Below are positions 25,957 to 39,000 of a stretch of 64,000 bases of DNA, in pieces. The position numbers and the translations under genes are program-made. Numbering within the stretch: the stretch's first letter is position 1; every line of letters begins with the position of its first letter. The notes under the pieces were generated by a model. It saw only the letters and a program-made list of their open reading frames with translations. It was not told the DNA's origin and made no database searches. The stretch is from Macrostomum lignano (Eukaryota): assembly GCA_002269645.1 (NCBI GenBank), contig NIVC01000038.1, forward strand, positions 1,302,001-1,366,000, given 5' to 3'.

Positions 25957-27705
25957 ATGCAGCACCGCCAGCTACTCGCTGCCTGCCTCGCCGCAGCCAC
26001 TGCAGCTCTGCTGCTCACCGGCGCCGCCTCTGCTCAGTGTCCCGGACACGGCTGGACACACCGAGCTCACTCATGCTACAAGTGGTTCAGCGAGCCGAAC
26101 TACTGGTTTCAGGCCGAGCAGACGTGTCTGTCTCACCGGGCTCACCTCGCGTCCATCCAAAGTGAGCAAGAGAACCGACTGGTAGGCCGACTGTCTCACT
26201 GCAGAGACGCCTGGATCGGTTTGTTCGGCACCGACCTCGACCGTCTGACCGACCCTACAAGCTACAGGTGGACGGACGGCGTAGGCGGAGTAGGGAGCTT
26301 CGACAGACACAACTTCTCTAAGCTGGACAGCGTTCACAAGCCTCTGATCCGAAGTGACGGTGAGTGGTGGCTCAACTCGCTGTATCACGAGCGGCACCCG
26401 TTTGTGTGCAAGTTGAGCGCCAACTCCAGCAGTCTCGTCGACTGGTGGTGGCGGTCGAGCGGCCGATGTCCCAGCGGCTGGTGGCTGCACGACAAGCAGT
26501 GCTACGTGATGCCGCAGTTTGAGGCCAACTTCAACGAGGCCAACTTCTACTGCCAGCGAAACTCGTCGCAGCTGGCGTCGGTGCTCACCCAGTCTGAGCT
26601 GGACTTTGTGAACAAGCTCAGCTTCGGAATCGACAGCTGCGAGTCGGCAGAGCTGCTCGACTCGGTGTGGCTCGGCCTCATCAAGCTGAACCCCTGCTTC
26701 CCTGACAGTGCGGGTCGCGAGCTCTGCTACCAGTGGACGGATTTCTCAGGGAAACACGACAACAAGCTGCCCGCATGGGAGACTGGACACCCGGACAGTG
26801 CGGACTGGACTGTGAACTGCGCCACGCTGTCAGCTGGTCGACTGCGCAGCGACAGGTGCCACAGCAGGCACAGGTTCGTGTGCAAGACGGAGGCGTCGGA
26901 CGGCACCTCCACACCTGACGGAGGCGTTACCTCTGCACCTGACGGAGGCGTCACCTCCACACTTGATGGAGGCGTCACCTCTGCACCTGACGGAGGCGTC
27001 ACCTCTGCACCTGACGGAGGCGTCACCTCTGCACCTGACGGAGGCGTCACCTCTGCACCTGACGGAGGCGTCACCTCTGCACCTGACGGAGGCGTCACCT
27101 CTGCACCTGACGGAGGCGTCACTCCACCTGTGGACGGCCTCGTGGCTGCGTTCGACTTCAGGAGGGGCCTCGACAACCTGGTGGACCCGCGCACCTTCGC
27201 CATCGAGGACCAGTTCGGCGTGGAGAGGTCGGCAGAGGACGGGGCCTGCTTTAAGTGGAACTCAACTTATCCATTCAATCACAGCGAGTTCTACAATGTC
27301 GGAGCTCCCGTGGCATTCAATGAGTCGATCTGGAACGCAGCAGAGTGGACCATGTACTTCAGGCTGAGTCGGAGCAGCGGCATCAATGCTGAGTTTGTAT
27401 CAGTCCTCAGTGATTATTCAAACCCATTTTCATATTTCAGCTTTTTTGCCTGGCTTTATTCTTTTAGCGCTGACATCTTCTATTTAACTAGCTTTCAAGG
27501 TATACATCCTGGAAATATTAGACACAGAAATGACCATGTTTATAGAGGATCGGGCTGTGCTGGCAGCTGGTGCGACATTCGGCTGGCAATGAAAAACAGC
27601 ATTTTGGATTCTCCTTCCATAGGAGAGCCGCTGAGAGTTGAATATCGGAACTGGACTTCTGGGGGTCATGAACTGGGACTGCAGCAACTTCGATTAGGGG
27701 ATTAG
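25957..27705 (+). CDS. Secreted protein: two C-type lectin domains, 9x DGGVTSAP linker, LamG-like C-terminal domain interrupted by an in-frame TAG
   Basis: ATG at 25957 followed by a signal peptide. The CTLDs show C..GW, CY, LASI/V, WIGL/WLGL, WTD and FVCK motifs. A 24-bp coding repeat lies at ~26915-27130. Intronless; the reading frame stays open past the stop to 27825. Confidence 0.85.
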   Translation: MQHRQLLAACLAAATAALLLTGAASAQCPGHGWTHRAHSCYKWFSEPNYWFQAEQTCLSHRAHLASIQSEQENRLVGRLSHCRDAWIGLFGTDLDRLTDPTSYRWTDGVGGVGSFDRHNFSKLDSVHKPLIRSDGEWWLNSLYHERHPFVCKLSANSSSLVDWWWRSSGRCPSGWWLHDKQCYVMPQFEANFNEANFYCQRNSSQLASVLTQSELDFVNKLSFGIDSCESAELLDSVWLGLIKLNPCFPDSAGRELCYQWTDFSGKHDNKLPAWETGHPDSADWTVNCATLSAGRLRSDRCHSRHRFVCKTEASDGTSTPDGGVTSAPDGGVTSTLDGGVTSAPDGGVTSAPDGGVTSAPDGGVTSAPDGGVTSAPDGGVTSAPDGGVTPPVDGLVAAFDFRRGLDNLVDPRTFAIEDQFGVERSAEDGACFKWNSTYPFNHSEFYNVGAPVAFNESIWNAAEWTMYFRLSRSSGINAEFVSVLSDYSNPFSYFSFFAWLYSFSADIFYLTSFQGIHPGNIRHRNDHVYRGSGCAGSWCDIRLAMKNSILDSPSIGEPLRVEYRNWTSGGHELGLQQLRLGD

Positions 27706-28509
27706 GGGATTTTCAATCCCCATCATGCCACATCTCAGCGACTCTGCATGAGGTGTTTCGGGGTCGCTCGCAGGCAGCTGAGCACCGATGAGGTGCGGCA
27801 GGCGATGTCGGCCTTGTGCCCGTGAGACCGCTTCAAATATTGAATATGTCTAGGTGTACTTTTTGAAAAGCTTGTTACAATAAAAGTCAATTCAAATAGA
27901 CAAAGAAATTGTTTAGTTGCTCTTGGCAATAAAATTCACCATTTGCTTAAGTATTGAAGCCATTTTTAGTGATTATTTAAGTGCGTGAAGTTACGCTCGT
28001 ACAAAACCCTACTCTACTCTTTTTAACGCTTTTTAACTACTATCAGTAGCATCGAAAAGTTGGCATCACAAAAGATTCCGTCTGTTGTCGCCACTTGTGA
28101 GTGCAGGTAAAGTCTCTCTCAATCTTTGCGAGTGACGCAACTCAGCTACTATACTTTCGCGGCAGACATGAGTTGAGGATTGAAGTGGGGGCAGCGGTGT
28201 GCGAGGGTTGGACGGATTAAAGCCACCCCGATCAGTTTTCTCGTATCTTTTGTCCCAGAATAGTCCCAGAAAAAATTGCTCACTGGCGCATAGAGTGGCG
28301 ACTTTTCAATGTTGCTGAGTATACTTCTAGCCTTGTTGAAAGAATCAATATTCTCAGTAGGACTGTGGGAAGTCCAACGAAACGCCTTCGGTAACGCAAC
28401 AACCAGGGCTGAGGCAATTCCGCCCATTCCACTGACTCTTGAGCACACACAAGCGCACTAATGAGTACAAAGGCACGCACTCATGCACACGCTCACCAGA
28501 GAATATTGG

Positions 28510-29915
28510 GCTGTCTTGGGCTGGCTGTCATGGCGGCTGTCTAGGGGTGGCTGTCTTGGGCTGGCTGTCATGACGGCTGTCTAGGGGTGGCTGTCTTGGG
28601 CTGGCTGTCATGGCGGCTGTTTAGGGGTGGCTGTCTTGGGTTGGCTGTCATGGCGGCTGTCTAGGGGTGGCTGTCTTGGGCTGGCTGTCATAACGGCTGT
28701 CTAGGAGTGGCTGTCTTGGGCTGGCTGTCATGGTGGCTGTGTAGGGGGCTGGCTGTCATGGCGGCTGTCTAGGTGGGGCTGTCTTGGGCTGGCTGTCATG
28801 GCGGCTGTCTAGGGGGTGGCTGTCTTGGGCTGGCTGTCATGGCGACTGTGTAGGGGGCTGGCTGTCATGGCGGCTGTCTAGGTGGGGCTGTCTTGGGCTG
28901 GCTGTCATGGCGGCTGTCTAGGGGTGGCTGTCTTGGGCTGGCTGTCATAACGGCTGTCTAGGGGTGGCTGTCTTGGGCTGGCTGTCATGGCGGCTGTCTA
29001 GGGGTTGCTGTCTTGGGCTGGCTGTCATGGCGGCTGTCTAGGGGTGGCTGTCTTGGGTTGGCTGTCTTGGGCTGGCTGTCATAACGGCTGTCTAGGGGTG
29101 GCTGTCTTGGGCTGGCTGTCATGGTGGCTGTGTAGGGGGCTGGCTGTCATGGCGGCTGTCTAGGTGGGGCTGTCTTGGGCTGGCTGTCATGGCGGCTGTG
29201 TAGGGGGGGCTGTCTTGGGCTGGCTGTCATGGCGACTGTGTAGGGGGCTGGCTGTCATGGCGGCTGTCTAGGTGGGGCTGTCTTGGGCTGGCTGTCATGG
29301 CGGCTGTCTAGGGGGTGGCTGTCTTGGGCTGGCTGTCATGGCGGCTGTCTAGGGTGGCTGTCTTAGGCTGGCTGTCATGGTGGCTGTCTAGGGGGGGGGG
29401 GCTGTCTTGTGCTGGCTGTCATAACGGCTGTCTATGGGTGGCTGTCATGGCGGCTGTCTAGGGGGGGCTGTCTTGGGCTGGCTGTCATGGCGGCTGTCTT
29501 GGGCTGGCTGTCATGGCGGCTGTCTGGGGGTGGCTGTCTTGGGCTGGCTGTCATGGCGGCTGTCTGGGGGGTGGCTGTATTGGGCTGGATGTCATGGCGG
29601 CTGTCTAGGGGTGGCTGTCTTGGGCTGGCTGTCATGGCGGCTGTCTAGGGGTGGCTGTCTTGGGCTGGCTGTCATGGCGGCTGTCTAGGTGGGGCTGTCT
29701 TGGGCTGGCTGTCATAACGGCTGTCTAGGGGTGGCTGTCTTGGGCTGGCTGTCATGGCGGCTGTCTAGGGGTGGCTGTCTTGGGTTGGCTGTCATGGCGG
29801 CTGTCTAGGGGTGGCTGTCTTGGGCTGGCTGTCATGGCGGCTGTGTAGGGGGGGGGGGCTGTCTTGGGCTGGCTGTCATGGCGGCTGTCAAGGGGGGGGG
29901 GGCTGTCTTGGGGGC
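28510..29915. repeat. ~40-bp G-rich minisatellite built from GGCTGTC subunits
   Basis: Directly visible. Confidence 0.93.
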
Positions 29916-30290
29916 CGTCTTGGTGGGGCTTTTGAATCCATGCTCGACCCATCTTTTTGACCAACCCATCATTGATGAACACATTGGCACAAAATGGGTG
30001 TTAGCTTTTGAATTGGACTCTAGAGAAACTATGCGGAGCCTAAAAATGAAAAGTTTAAGTTTGGTATTGCAATGTACAGTTATTTTTGCGAAGTTTGTTA
30101 ATTTGTTTGCTTTTTACTTCTATTATTGGTGGAGTTCTAGCCATAAGCTGACTGGAACGGTCGGTAGAGAATTCGCGTTCTGGCCACAGATATTGTGAAC
30201 CGACCACAGAATATTCTGTGGAACCGACTGCGTTGGGGAGTTAAAGCTTCCCGACATCTCAAGGCATGAGTAAAAAGCATAGGTGGAGTA

Positions 30291-30514
30291 CACTTTTCAC
30301 GTTCAATTTTGAACAAAGTCCAGTTTGAACAAAAACTAGCGGAAATTCAATTCAGACAATTCAGACTGGGGCAACAAAACTCAGTTCAAAACATTCTGCT
30401 ACGGAAGCGAGGTTTAGCCATAGACAAAATTGTCCCCAGTCTGAATTGTCTGAATTGAATTTCCGCTAGTTTTTTTAGAACTGGACTTTGTTCAAAATTG
30501 AACGTGAAAAGGTG
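30291..30514. mobile_element. Short hairpin MITE (~88-bp TIRs), TA-flanked
   Basis: TA|CACTTTTCACGTTCAATTTTGAACAAAGTCCAG... is mirrored by ...CTGGACTTTGTTCAAAATTGAACGTGAAAAGGTG|TA. Confidence 0.85.
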
Positions 30515-30774
30515 TAGTACATAATCGAGCTAACAAATTCAGATATGACTAGCAATCAGCGCCCCCCGTTGGGGAGCCAAAAATACAGCACAAGTTTTTT
30601 AATAAACTACATATAAGCGTCTCTTTGCATTATACCTCAGCAACCCCTTGTAAGCCTTGACATGCCAGCAATTCCTCCCCCCCCCACAAGCCTTAGCATA
30701 TCAACTCCCCCTTGACATCTTAGCAATTCCCCCCATAAGCCTTGAAATCTTAAAAAATCTGTTAACCTTCTAAA

Positions 30775-30804
30775 CCTAACCCTAACCCTAACCCTAACCC
30801 TAAC
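30775..30804. repeat. Interstitial telomeric repeat (CCCTAA)~5 inside H3
   Basis: Directly visible. Confidence 0.9.
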
Positions 30805-31744
30805 CTTAAAGCATTGACATTTCAGTAATTCTCTCCGAGAGTCATTATAGCACTACAGCGTTATAGCGATTCCCTGCAAGCCTCGACATCGTAGGGATTC
30901 CCAAATGAATCTCTTAACTTCGACATGAAGCTTCTTTTATTTTTTACATTACACTTTATCTATCAGCGATCCTTCCCGTGAAGAGCCAACAAATAATGAA
31001 AACATTTTTTCAATAAACTACATCATCTACATGTAGCTTGTGAATTTAGCCTTGACATCTCGGTTATTCCCCCGTGAGCCTTGACATCTCAGCTATTCCC
31101 CCCGTAAGCCTTGTCATGTTAGCGATGCCCCCCATAAACCTTGATATCTGAAAAATCCCCTGTTAATCTTGAAACCCGCTAAAATCTAACCCTCAACCCA
31201 AACCTGACCTAAACCTAACTTTAACCCAACCTAAAGCCTTGAAATCTCAGCAATTCTTCTCCCCTAAGCCTTGACATTTTAGTGATTCCTTATTTAAGAA
31301 TCACAGCACCATAGCGATTCCCTCCAAGCCTTGGCATCGTAGCAATTCCCAAATGAATCTTTTAACTTTGACATAATGACTCTTCTTTTATGTACACATA
31401 GTGCTTCTTCTCTTTTTTACATGACTCTTCTTCTATCAGCGCCCCCTCCCCCGTAGCGAGCCAACAAAGAATGTAATAAAAAATTGAGTAAACTACATGT
31501 ACTTTGAAGTAGCTTCTGACGTTTGCTACTTTGCTTCTCTGGCATCTCAGAAACCGCCTCCCCATAATCTCAGTTATTCTCCGTGAGCCTTGACATCTTA
31601 GTAATTCTCCCCAGCACAGCACAATAGCTTCTTTTAATTTTTACATGACACTTCTTTCATGTCTGACATGACGCTTCTTTTATTCTTCCATGACGCTTCT
31701 ATGATTTCTCAAATGACACTTCCATTAGTTTTTATATGAGGCTT

Positions 31745-33795
31745 CTATGATCTTTTGATGACGCTTCTATGATTGTTTACATGACGCTTTTATGATTTTT
31801 ACATGACGCTTCTATAATTGTTTGCATGACGCTTCTATGATTTTTACATGACGATTCTATGATTGTTTACATGACGCTTCTATGATTGTTTACATGACGC
31901 TTCTATGATTTTTTACATGACACTTCTATGATTGTTTACATGACGCTTCTATGATTGTTTACATGACGCTTCTATGATTGTTTGCATGAAGCTTCTATGA
32001 TTTTTTCATGACGCTTTTATGATTGTTTACATGACGCTTCTATGATTTTTACATGACGCTTCTGTGATTGTTTACATGACGCTTCTATGATTTTTTACAT
32101 GACACTTCTATGATTGTTTACATGACGCTTCTATGATTGTTTGCATGACGCTTCTATAATTTTTTCATGACGCTTCTATGATTTTTTGCATGACGCTTCT
32201 ATGATTGTTTCATGTCGCTTCTATGATTTTTACATGACGCTTCTATGATTGTTTACATGACGCTTCTATGATTTTTACATGACGCTTCTATGATTTTTTA
32301 CATGACGCTTCTATGATTTTTTCATGTCGCTTCTATGATTTTTACATGACGCTTCTATGATTGTTTACAAGACGCTTCTATAATTTTTTACATGACGCTT
32401 CTATGATTTTTATATGACGCTTCTACGATTTTTTACATGACGCTTCTATGATTGTTTACATGACGCTTCTATGATTTTTTACATGACGCTTCTATGATTC
32501 ATTACATGACGCTTCTATGATTGTTTACATGACGCTTCTATGATTTTTAAAAGACGCTTCTACGATTTTTTACATGACGCTTCTATGATTCTTTTCAGGA
32601 CGCTTTTATGATTTTTACATGACGCTTCTACGATTGTTTGCCTGACGCTTCTATGATTGTTTGCATGACGCTTCTATGATTGTTTACATGACGCTTCTAT
32701 GATTTTTACATGACGCTTCTATGATTGTTTACATGACGCTTCTATGATTGTTTATATGGCGCTTCTTTGATTTTTACATGACGCTTCTATGATTTTTTAC
32801 ATGACGCTTCTATGATTTTTTACATGACACTTCTATGATTGTTTACATGACGCTTCTATGATTGTTTACATGACGCTTCTATGATTTTTTTAAAAGACAC
32901 TTCTATGATTTTTACATGACGCTTCTATGATTTTTACATGACGCTTCTATGATTTTTTACATGACGCTTTTATTATTTTTACATGACGCTTCTATGATTT
33001 TTTACATGACGCTTTTATTATTGTTTACATGACGCTTCTATGATTGTTTACATGACGCTTCTATGATTTTTTACATGACGCTTCTATGATTTTTTACATG
33101 ACGCTTCTATGATTGTTTACATGACGCTTCTATGATTTTTTACATGACGCTTCTATGATTTTTTACATGACGCTTCTATGATTGTTTACATGACGCTTTT
33201 ATGATTTTTTACATGACGCTTCTATGATTTTTACATAACGCTTCTATGATTGTTTATATGACGCTTCTATGATTTTTTTAAAAGACGCTTCTATGATTTT
33301 TTTAAATGACGCTTCAATGATTGTTTACATGACGCTTCGATGATTTTTTACATAACGCTTCTATGATTGTTTACATGACGCTTCTATGATTGTTTACATG
33401 ACGCTTCTATGATTGTTTACATGACGCTTCTATGATTTTTTCATGACGCTTTTATGATTTTTACATGACGCTTCTATGATTGTTTACATGACGCTTCAAT
33501 GATTGTTTACATGACGCTTCTATGATTTTTTCATGACGCTTTTATGATTTTTGACATGACGCTTCAATGATTGTTTACATGACGCTTCTATGATTGTTTA
33601 TATGACGCTTCTTTGATTTTTACATGACGCTTCTATGATTGTTTGCATGACGCTTCTATGATTTTTTACATGACGCTTCTCTGATTGTTTACATGACGCT
33701 TCTATGATTGTTTACATGACGCTTCTATGATTTTTTTAAAAGACGCTTCTATGATTTTTACATGACGCTTCTATGATTTTTACATGACGCTTCTT
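31745..33795. repeat. 22-23-bp satellite (TTTTTACATGACGCTTCTATGA) inside H3
   Basis: Directly visible. Confidence 0.95.
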
Positions 33796-33860
33796 TTTAA
33801 AAAGTCTTTTAGTTTTCCTGACGTTGAAAAGCTTTAATTAAAAAAATTATACTCTATGAA

Positions 33861-33922
33861 AATTCGAACCACCGTCGCTGCATTTAGCAGTTCAGTTTGT
33901 TCACCTCTAGGCTAGCTCTCAT
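33861..33922 (-). other. tRNA-derived (SINE-head-like) segment, copy in H3
   Basis: Minus strand reads TAGCCTAGAGGT (A-box-like)...ACTGCTAA (Ser-GCT anticodon-loop-like)...GGTTCGAA (B box), then a T run. It does not form a full cloverleaf. Confidence 0.55.
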
Positions 33923-36065
33923 CGTTTTGATAACATCAAATTTTGCACTTATATAATTCAACACTTTAAAATCCAAGCATAGAGTAAATCACACGAAGCA
34001 GTTATGACATAATCAGTTTCTCAGTCAGTCAGTATCAGTTAACAATTATGGTTACGCAATTTAAATCAAGTCTGGTGCTACGCTTCCACACTGCATTTTC
34101 AATTCAAGTCGGAGTTACAATTCAGTTATGATGCAATCTATTTCAGAATCAGAATTCAACCAGTCAGTTTTTTCTCTAGCATTCTTACAATGCATTTCAA
34201 GTCGAAAAGTTTGCTTGACCTTTGCAAAAAAGCATGTTTTTCGAATATTTAATGCCTTTAGCATCGAGCAATTTCTTAGCCACGATGCATGTACAGTCAC
34301 GGGAAAATTTCTGATCGAACAGTGCAAGTCTCATAAAAATCGGTTAAGCCATTTTTTCTCTAATCGATTACAAGCAAGCAAGATTTTCATTTTTAGTATA
34401 TTGGACTAGCCAATTCCAACACCCGTTGGGGCTTTCCGTCCAAACTCCAACCACAGTTTTCCCCATCCATAAAATCCCCGATGCAAAGAATCTCACATGC
34501 AAAGAATCTCACATGCAAAGAATCCCCCATCCAAAGAACCCCCCATCGAAAGAATCCCGATCCGGAGAATTCCCAATCCAATGAATCCCATATCCAAGGA
34601 ATCCTGCATACACAGAAGCTTCATTTCAAAGAATCTCAATCCAAAAAATTCCTCATCCAGAGAATCCCCATCCAAAGAATCCCCCAATCCATCCCTATCC
34701 AAAGAATCCCCCACTCATCCCTATCCAAAAATCCCCCAATCCCTCATTCCATCCATATCCAAAGAGAATCCCTCCTCCAAAAATAATCCCCATCCAAATA
34801 ATCCAAAGATTCTCCCATCCAAATAATCCCCCATCAAAAAATAATTGACCCCCGTCCAAACCCCCGTCCAAATAATCCCAATCCAAAGAATCCAAAGCAT
34901 TTCCCCACCAGCAGCATTGCCCCATGAACAGCATTCCCATATCAATAGTATTCCCCCATCAACGCAACTCTCTGTTAGCAATGTGTAGTTAAGCAATAGA
35001 TCAGTCAGTATAAAGTATCTTAGTTTAGAAACTCTGTGAGTCAATAATTTCCAACTTATTTAAAGACTCTCCTACTCAGCCCAAAGGCTTTCCACTTTGT
35101 CTTGATAAATAGGACAGTTACATTGAATCGATACTGCACTCGTAAAATAAGTGGTGCTATTGAAATGAGAAAGACGGAAGACATCATTCAGGACTTTCCA
35201 CTTCAGTTTAACTCTTTTCATGGCTTCAGTGCGAATGTTACGTGCACTTTACTATATTATAAATTTAGCCATAGTGGAAAGTCCCGCCACGAGCTGGAGT
35301 CTCGTAGAATACTTGTACATCAATACATAAACTAAATGCGTATAAAGTACTCATAGTAGCAGGTAAAATACAGTCTCCAGAGTAAAAATAGGTATGAATA
35401 AGCTAGTTAGTATTCTACAGAATCAGATATTGATGAAAGAATTGCCTGATTTTTTCGCGGAATATAGCATTATAGTAGGATTTTTCTTCATATATTGCTG
35501 GTGCACATTTACTGCGATGGGAGGTGAAAAGCTGTGATGGTGGGCACCAGCATTATTGAAACTAATTGAAATTAATAACTGCTCAATAACTGCGGTTGTA
35601 CTGGTATTAAGCATCTTGGGGATTTAATAAAGGTATTGCCTTAAATATAAGCTATTTAAAAATAAGTTTATACTTTATGAATATGGAATAGCTTACAAAT
35701 TCCCTGCATACTATACAGATTTACGGTAAGAGTACAATAGTAGCATACATATCAAAGGCTGTAAGTAAATCATGATACATATCGTAACAGTGAAATGAAA
35801 AACTGATTTTGAGGTTGTGAAATTTAAGGTTGTGAAATCGACAGAACAGAAACCGTTGTTCAAAACCAGTTCACAAATTGAAATTGACTTTTTTCTGGCC
35901 TTCTGTCAGCTTTGTGCTAGCACGTGATGGCTACATTCTTTTGCTTTAGGCGTGTAAATCCTCTATGCTTAATTTATTGTCTAAACTTTGAGTTTTTCAT
36001 TTCACTATAAGACTTTAATTTAATAGAACTAAAAGGACATACTTATAAGTCATGCATAATCAGCG

Positions 36066-39000
36066 CTAATCTCGTGTGAGAATCTCTGGATAAACGACGT
36101 TCTTTGTCGTGGTTCCCGGCATCCTGACTCGGATATTCGCTGCATTCTTGGCTCGAGACAGAGCAGTGTAGAGCTGTCCGTGAGCAAAGCATCCCACAGT
36201 CAGGTCAATGCCGACAGTCTCCAAGCTCTGCCCCTGGGACTTGTGGATAGTCAGGCAAAAGCTTGGCTTCACCGGAAACTGCAGCCGTTTGAATGCTACG
36301 GGCAGGTCCGCGTTGTTCGGCACCAGTGGGATCCGCGGCAGCAGGATCTCATCGCCGGTGAACTGGCCGGCAGCCACTTTGCAGCGCAGCACGTTCTCGC
36401 CCAGCGCTAGGATAATGAGTCGGGTGCCGTTGCAAAGCCGCGGTGGGTTGAGGTTGCGCAGGAGCACAATTGGCATGCCAACTTTGAGTCTCAGCAGGTG
36501 CGTTGGAAAATTTGGCGCATCGAGCTGGTTCAGCAACTCTGGCGGGAAGTGAGTTGCCGAATCCTCGTCTGCAACGCTGTCCACTGATCGGTACTCGCGC
36601 TGTGTCCCAGGGAACATGGCCAGGCAGTGCTCATTGATGGCATTGACGGAGTCATTGTAGGGTGCCAGGATGGCTCTATTTGCAAAGTAGACCTCTCTCT
36701 CCGCCGAGGCCTCAAATGACGGATAAACGAATTTGATAAGGTCCGTCAGGCTGGCCTCTGCTGGCAACAAGATCTCGGAAGGCAGCGAAATGTTTCCCTC
36801 CAAATCTTCTGGGACCAAACCAGAACCGATCTGTGAACGAAAAACGGATAAAAGAGAAAGCAAAATTACGTTTCCAACATAAAGACTTGATAAGTATAAT
36901 CATAAATAACAGTTGGTTTTCGACTGTGATTTTTTCAAAAATCACTGGTTACGTAATCCATTATTAGAAAAGCCAGGTAGAAAATAAACAACCTATAGCA
37001 ATCAAAAGTACGGTATAAAAAGTACAGTGTACATCCCACCTGAATCAGAAGTCTCGAGTAGCGCTCATACAGTGCCGCATCAGAACTCCTCAGCAGCCGA
37101 ATGTTGGTCCTCAGGCGGTGCCGCTGAAACAATGGCCAAAACTTGGATCGGCTGACGCACGCAAACACGTTGTTGGCTCGCGTTCCGCTTTTCACGACAG
37201 GCAGCAGTTGTCGAAAGTCTCCGGAGCACACAATCACAGCTCCACCGAAAGGGCGATCTTGCCTTCGTACGTCTCGCAGACTTCGTTCGACAGTCTCCAG
37301 GTCCTTCCGGTTGGCCATTGAAATCTCATCCCAGACGATGAGCCGAACCGTCCGCAACACCGCTGCTTGCTTTGACTGCGAGCTAATCGAGCAGACGTCC
37401 TTCTCCGAGCGAACGAGTCGAACTGGGATCTTGAAACTGGAGAGAATGAAATTGTGCACAGGCCAACAGAATTTTTTCTTGAATGTAAGCAATCAATTTT
37501 CTGAGATTGTTTCGGCAGATTGTGAAGCTGAAAAAAATTACATACAATTTTTATATTTCTTTCTTTGAATTAATTTTAAATAAAAATCAAAACCTCGAAT
37601 CATGCCGTTATATAGATAGATTACATGTACTATGCACCAATACATGCAGAAAGTTAAATGTAGCAAAATTAAAAACCATGAAGTTTAAAACTCACGTGGA
37701 ATGCGCCGTCTGTCCACCTGGTAGCAAAGTGGCTGCAATGCCAGATGACGCTACGGCCAGGGCGACTTCTCCGCGGCTTCTTACAAACGCCAGCAAAACC
37801 TCTAGCAAATAGGTCTTCCCTGAGCCAGCTGGAGCGTCCAGAAAATGCAGACCACCAGAGCCGGCAGTCAGATCGGCAGTCACTGCCTCGTACACGGCCC
37901 TCTGTTCGTCGGTCAGCGTTGGCAGGCGCGTCCTCGCTATCTCAGCCTGCTCGTCCGTGTCGAACTGCATCGGCCCTACTTGAGGCATGGCAGAGGCGGC
38001 TGGCAGCCCGTACTCTCGCAAGCTGCGACCGCCCATAGAGGTCAGCAGGCTTTGCAGCTCGCGCAACGTCATGTCGGTGACCTCTTCTGTACTTAGATGT
38101 GGGTTGTGGTAGCGTAGATCTTCGCCAAGGTCCTCTGCGAATGCGTTCCACAGGTCCAGTCCGCTATCCGGCTCTCCCCAGATCAGGATGACAGCGAGTA
38201 GGTGCCTGAGGGCTCTTGGCATGCGAGATTGGACAGCCTCAGCCAGACATCGTTGCCAATGGTCGTCACGATGCAGCAGACCGAGTGCCATGCAGGCAGA
38301 TTTGGCATCCGTGTGCAGCACTCCATCCACCGTGTGCAGCGACTCGAAGCTGGTGGGCCCTCGGACATGCAGGAGGAGCAGGCGCATGTAAAACAAGTCC
38401 CCTGCCCTCGGGCTCACCGTGTACATCCGAGAGATGTTCTTGCTGCGCTTCACACCAGGGTGACCTTCGACTTCGTCGCCCATCTTGCCTCGGCGCCACG
38501 CGCGCTCACTTTGGTGCCAGACAAAATAGGACGGCACCTCCGTGTAGAGCAGGCGCCGAGCAAAAGCGTCACTGAGGCACAACTTAAAGAATGCTGTCAG
38601 AGTCGAATCTCGAGGCGCTCTCGCTTGGACTGCTGCGGTCTGCTCGTTGAAGTAGACAAGCTGCTCTCCCGGCTTGTGTACGCAGAGGCGAATGACCGGT
38701 GGGAAGCGGTTGTGCACCTGGGAGATGGTGGAAAATGGCGAAAGAGCTTTGGGAAGTGAATAAGTTAACACTCGGGAAACACAGCTTAAGTTTTGTCACT
38801 GCATAACTATAATGAACTTTTGTAAGTCACAAAGTCAAAAAGATAATTACTTCAAAGCCCAAAATGGTATTCACAGCCTCCATGGGCCCGATGTAGCGAC
38901 CAGACAGGTACTCATCGATTTCGTCTCGTGGCTCTTTGGCAGCCTTCTCATTGGCAGTGCGCTGCTGCTTGTTAGAAGCTATCGGCTGACTTTCAGCTGC

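Larger units (their letters stand above)
30549..34405 (-). mobile_element. Non-autonomous Helitron H3
   Basis: 5' end TCCAATATACTAAAAATG at 34405. 3' GC hairpin (30561-30577), 8 nt, then CTAG followed by T. It contains a tRNA-like segment, a 22-23-bp satellite and (CCCTAA)n, and is colinear with H1. Confidence 0.85.

Noticed and set aside
28149-28480. Possible small secreted protein split over two frames
   Set aside because: It needs a frameshift to join the leader-like part to the rest, and no homology is recognised.
30204-30221. Perfect 18-bp palindrome CCACAGAATATTCTGTGG
   Set aside because: Isolated, part of a small local duplication, with no associated feature.
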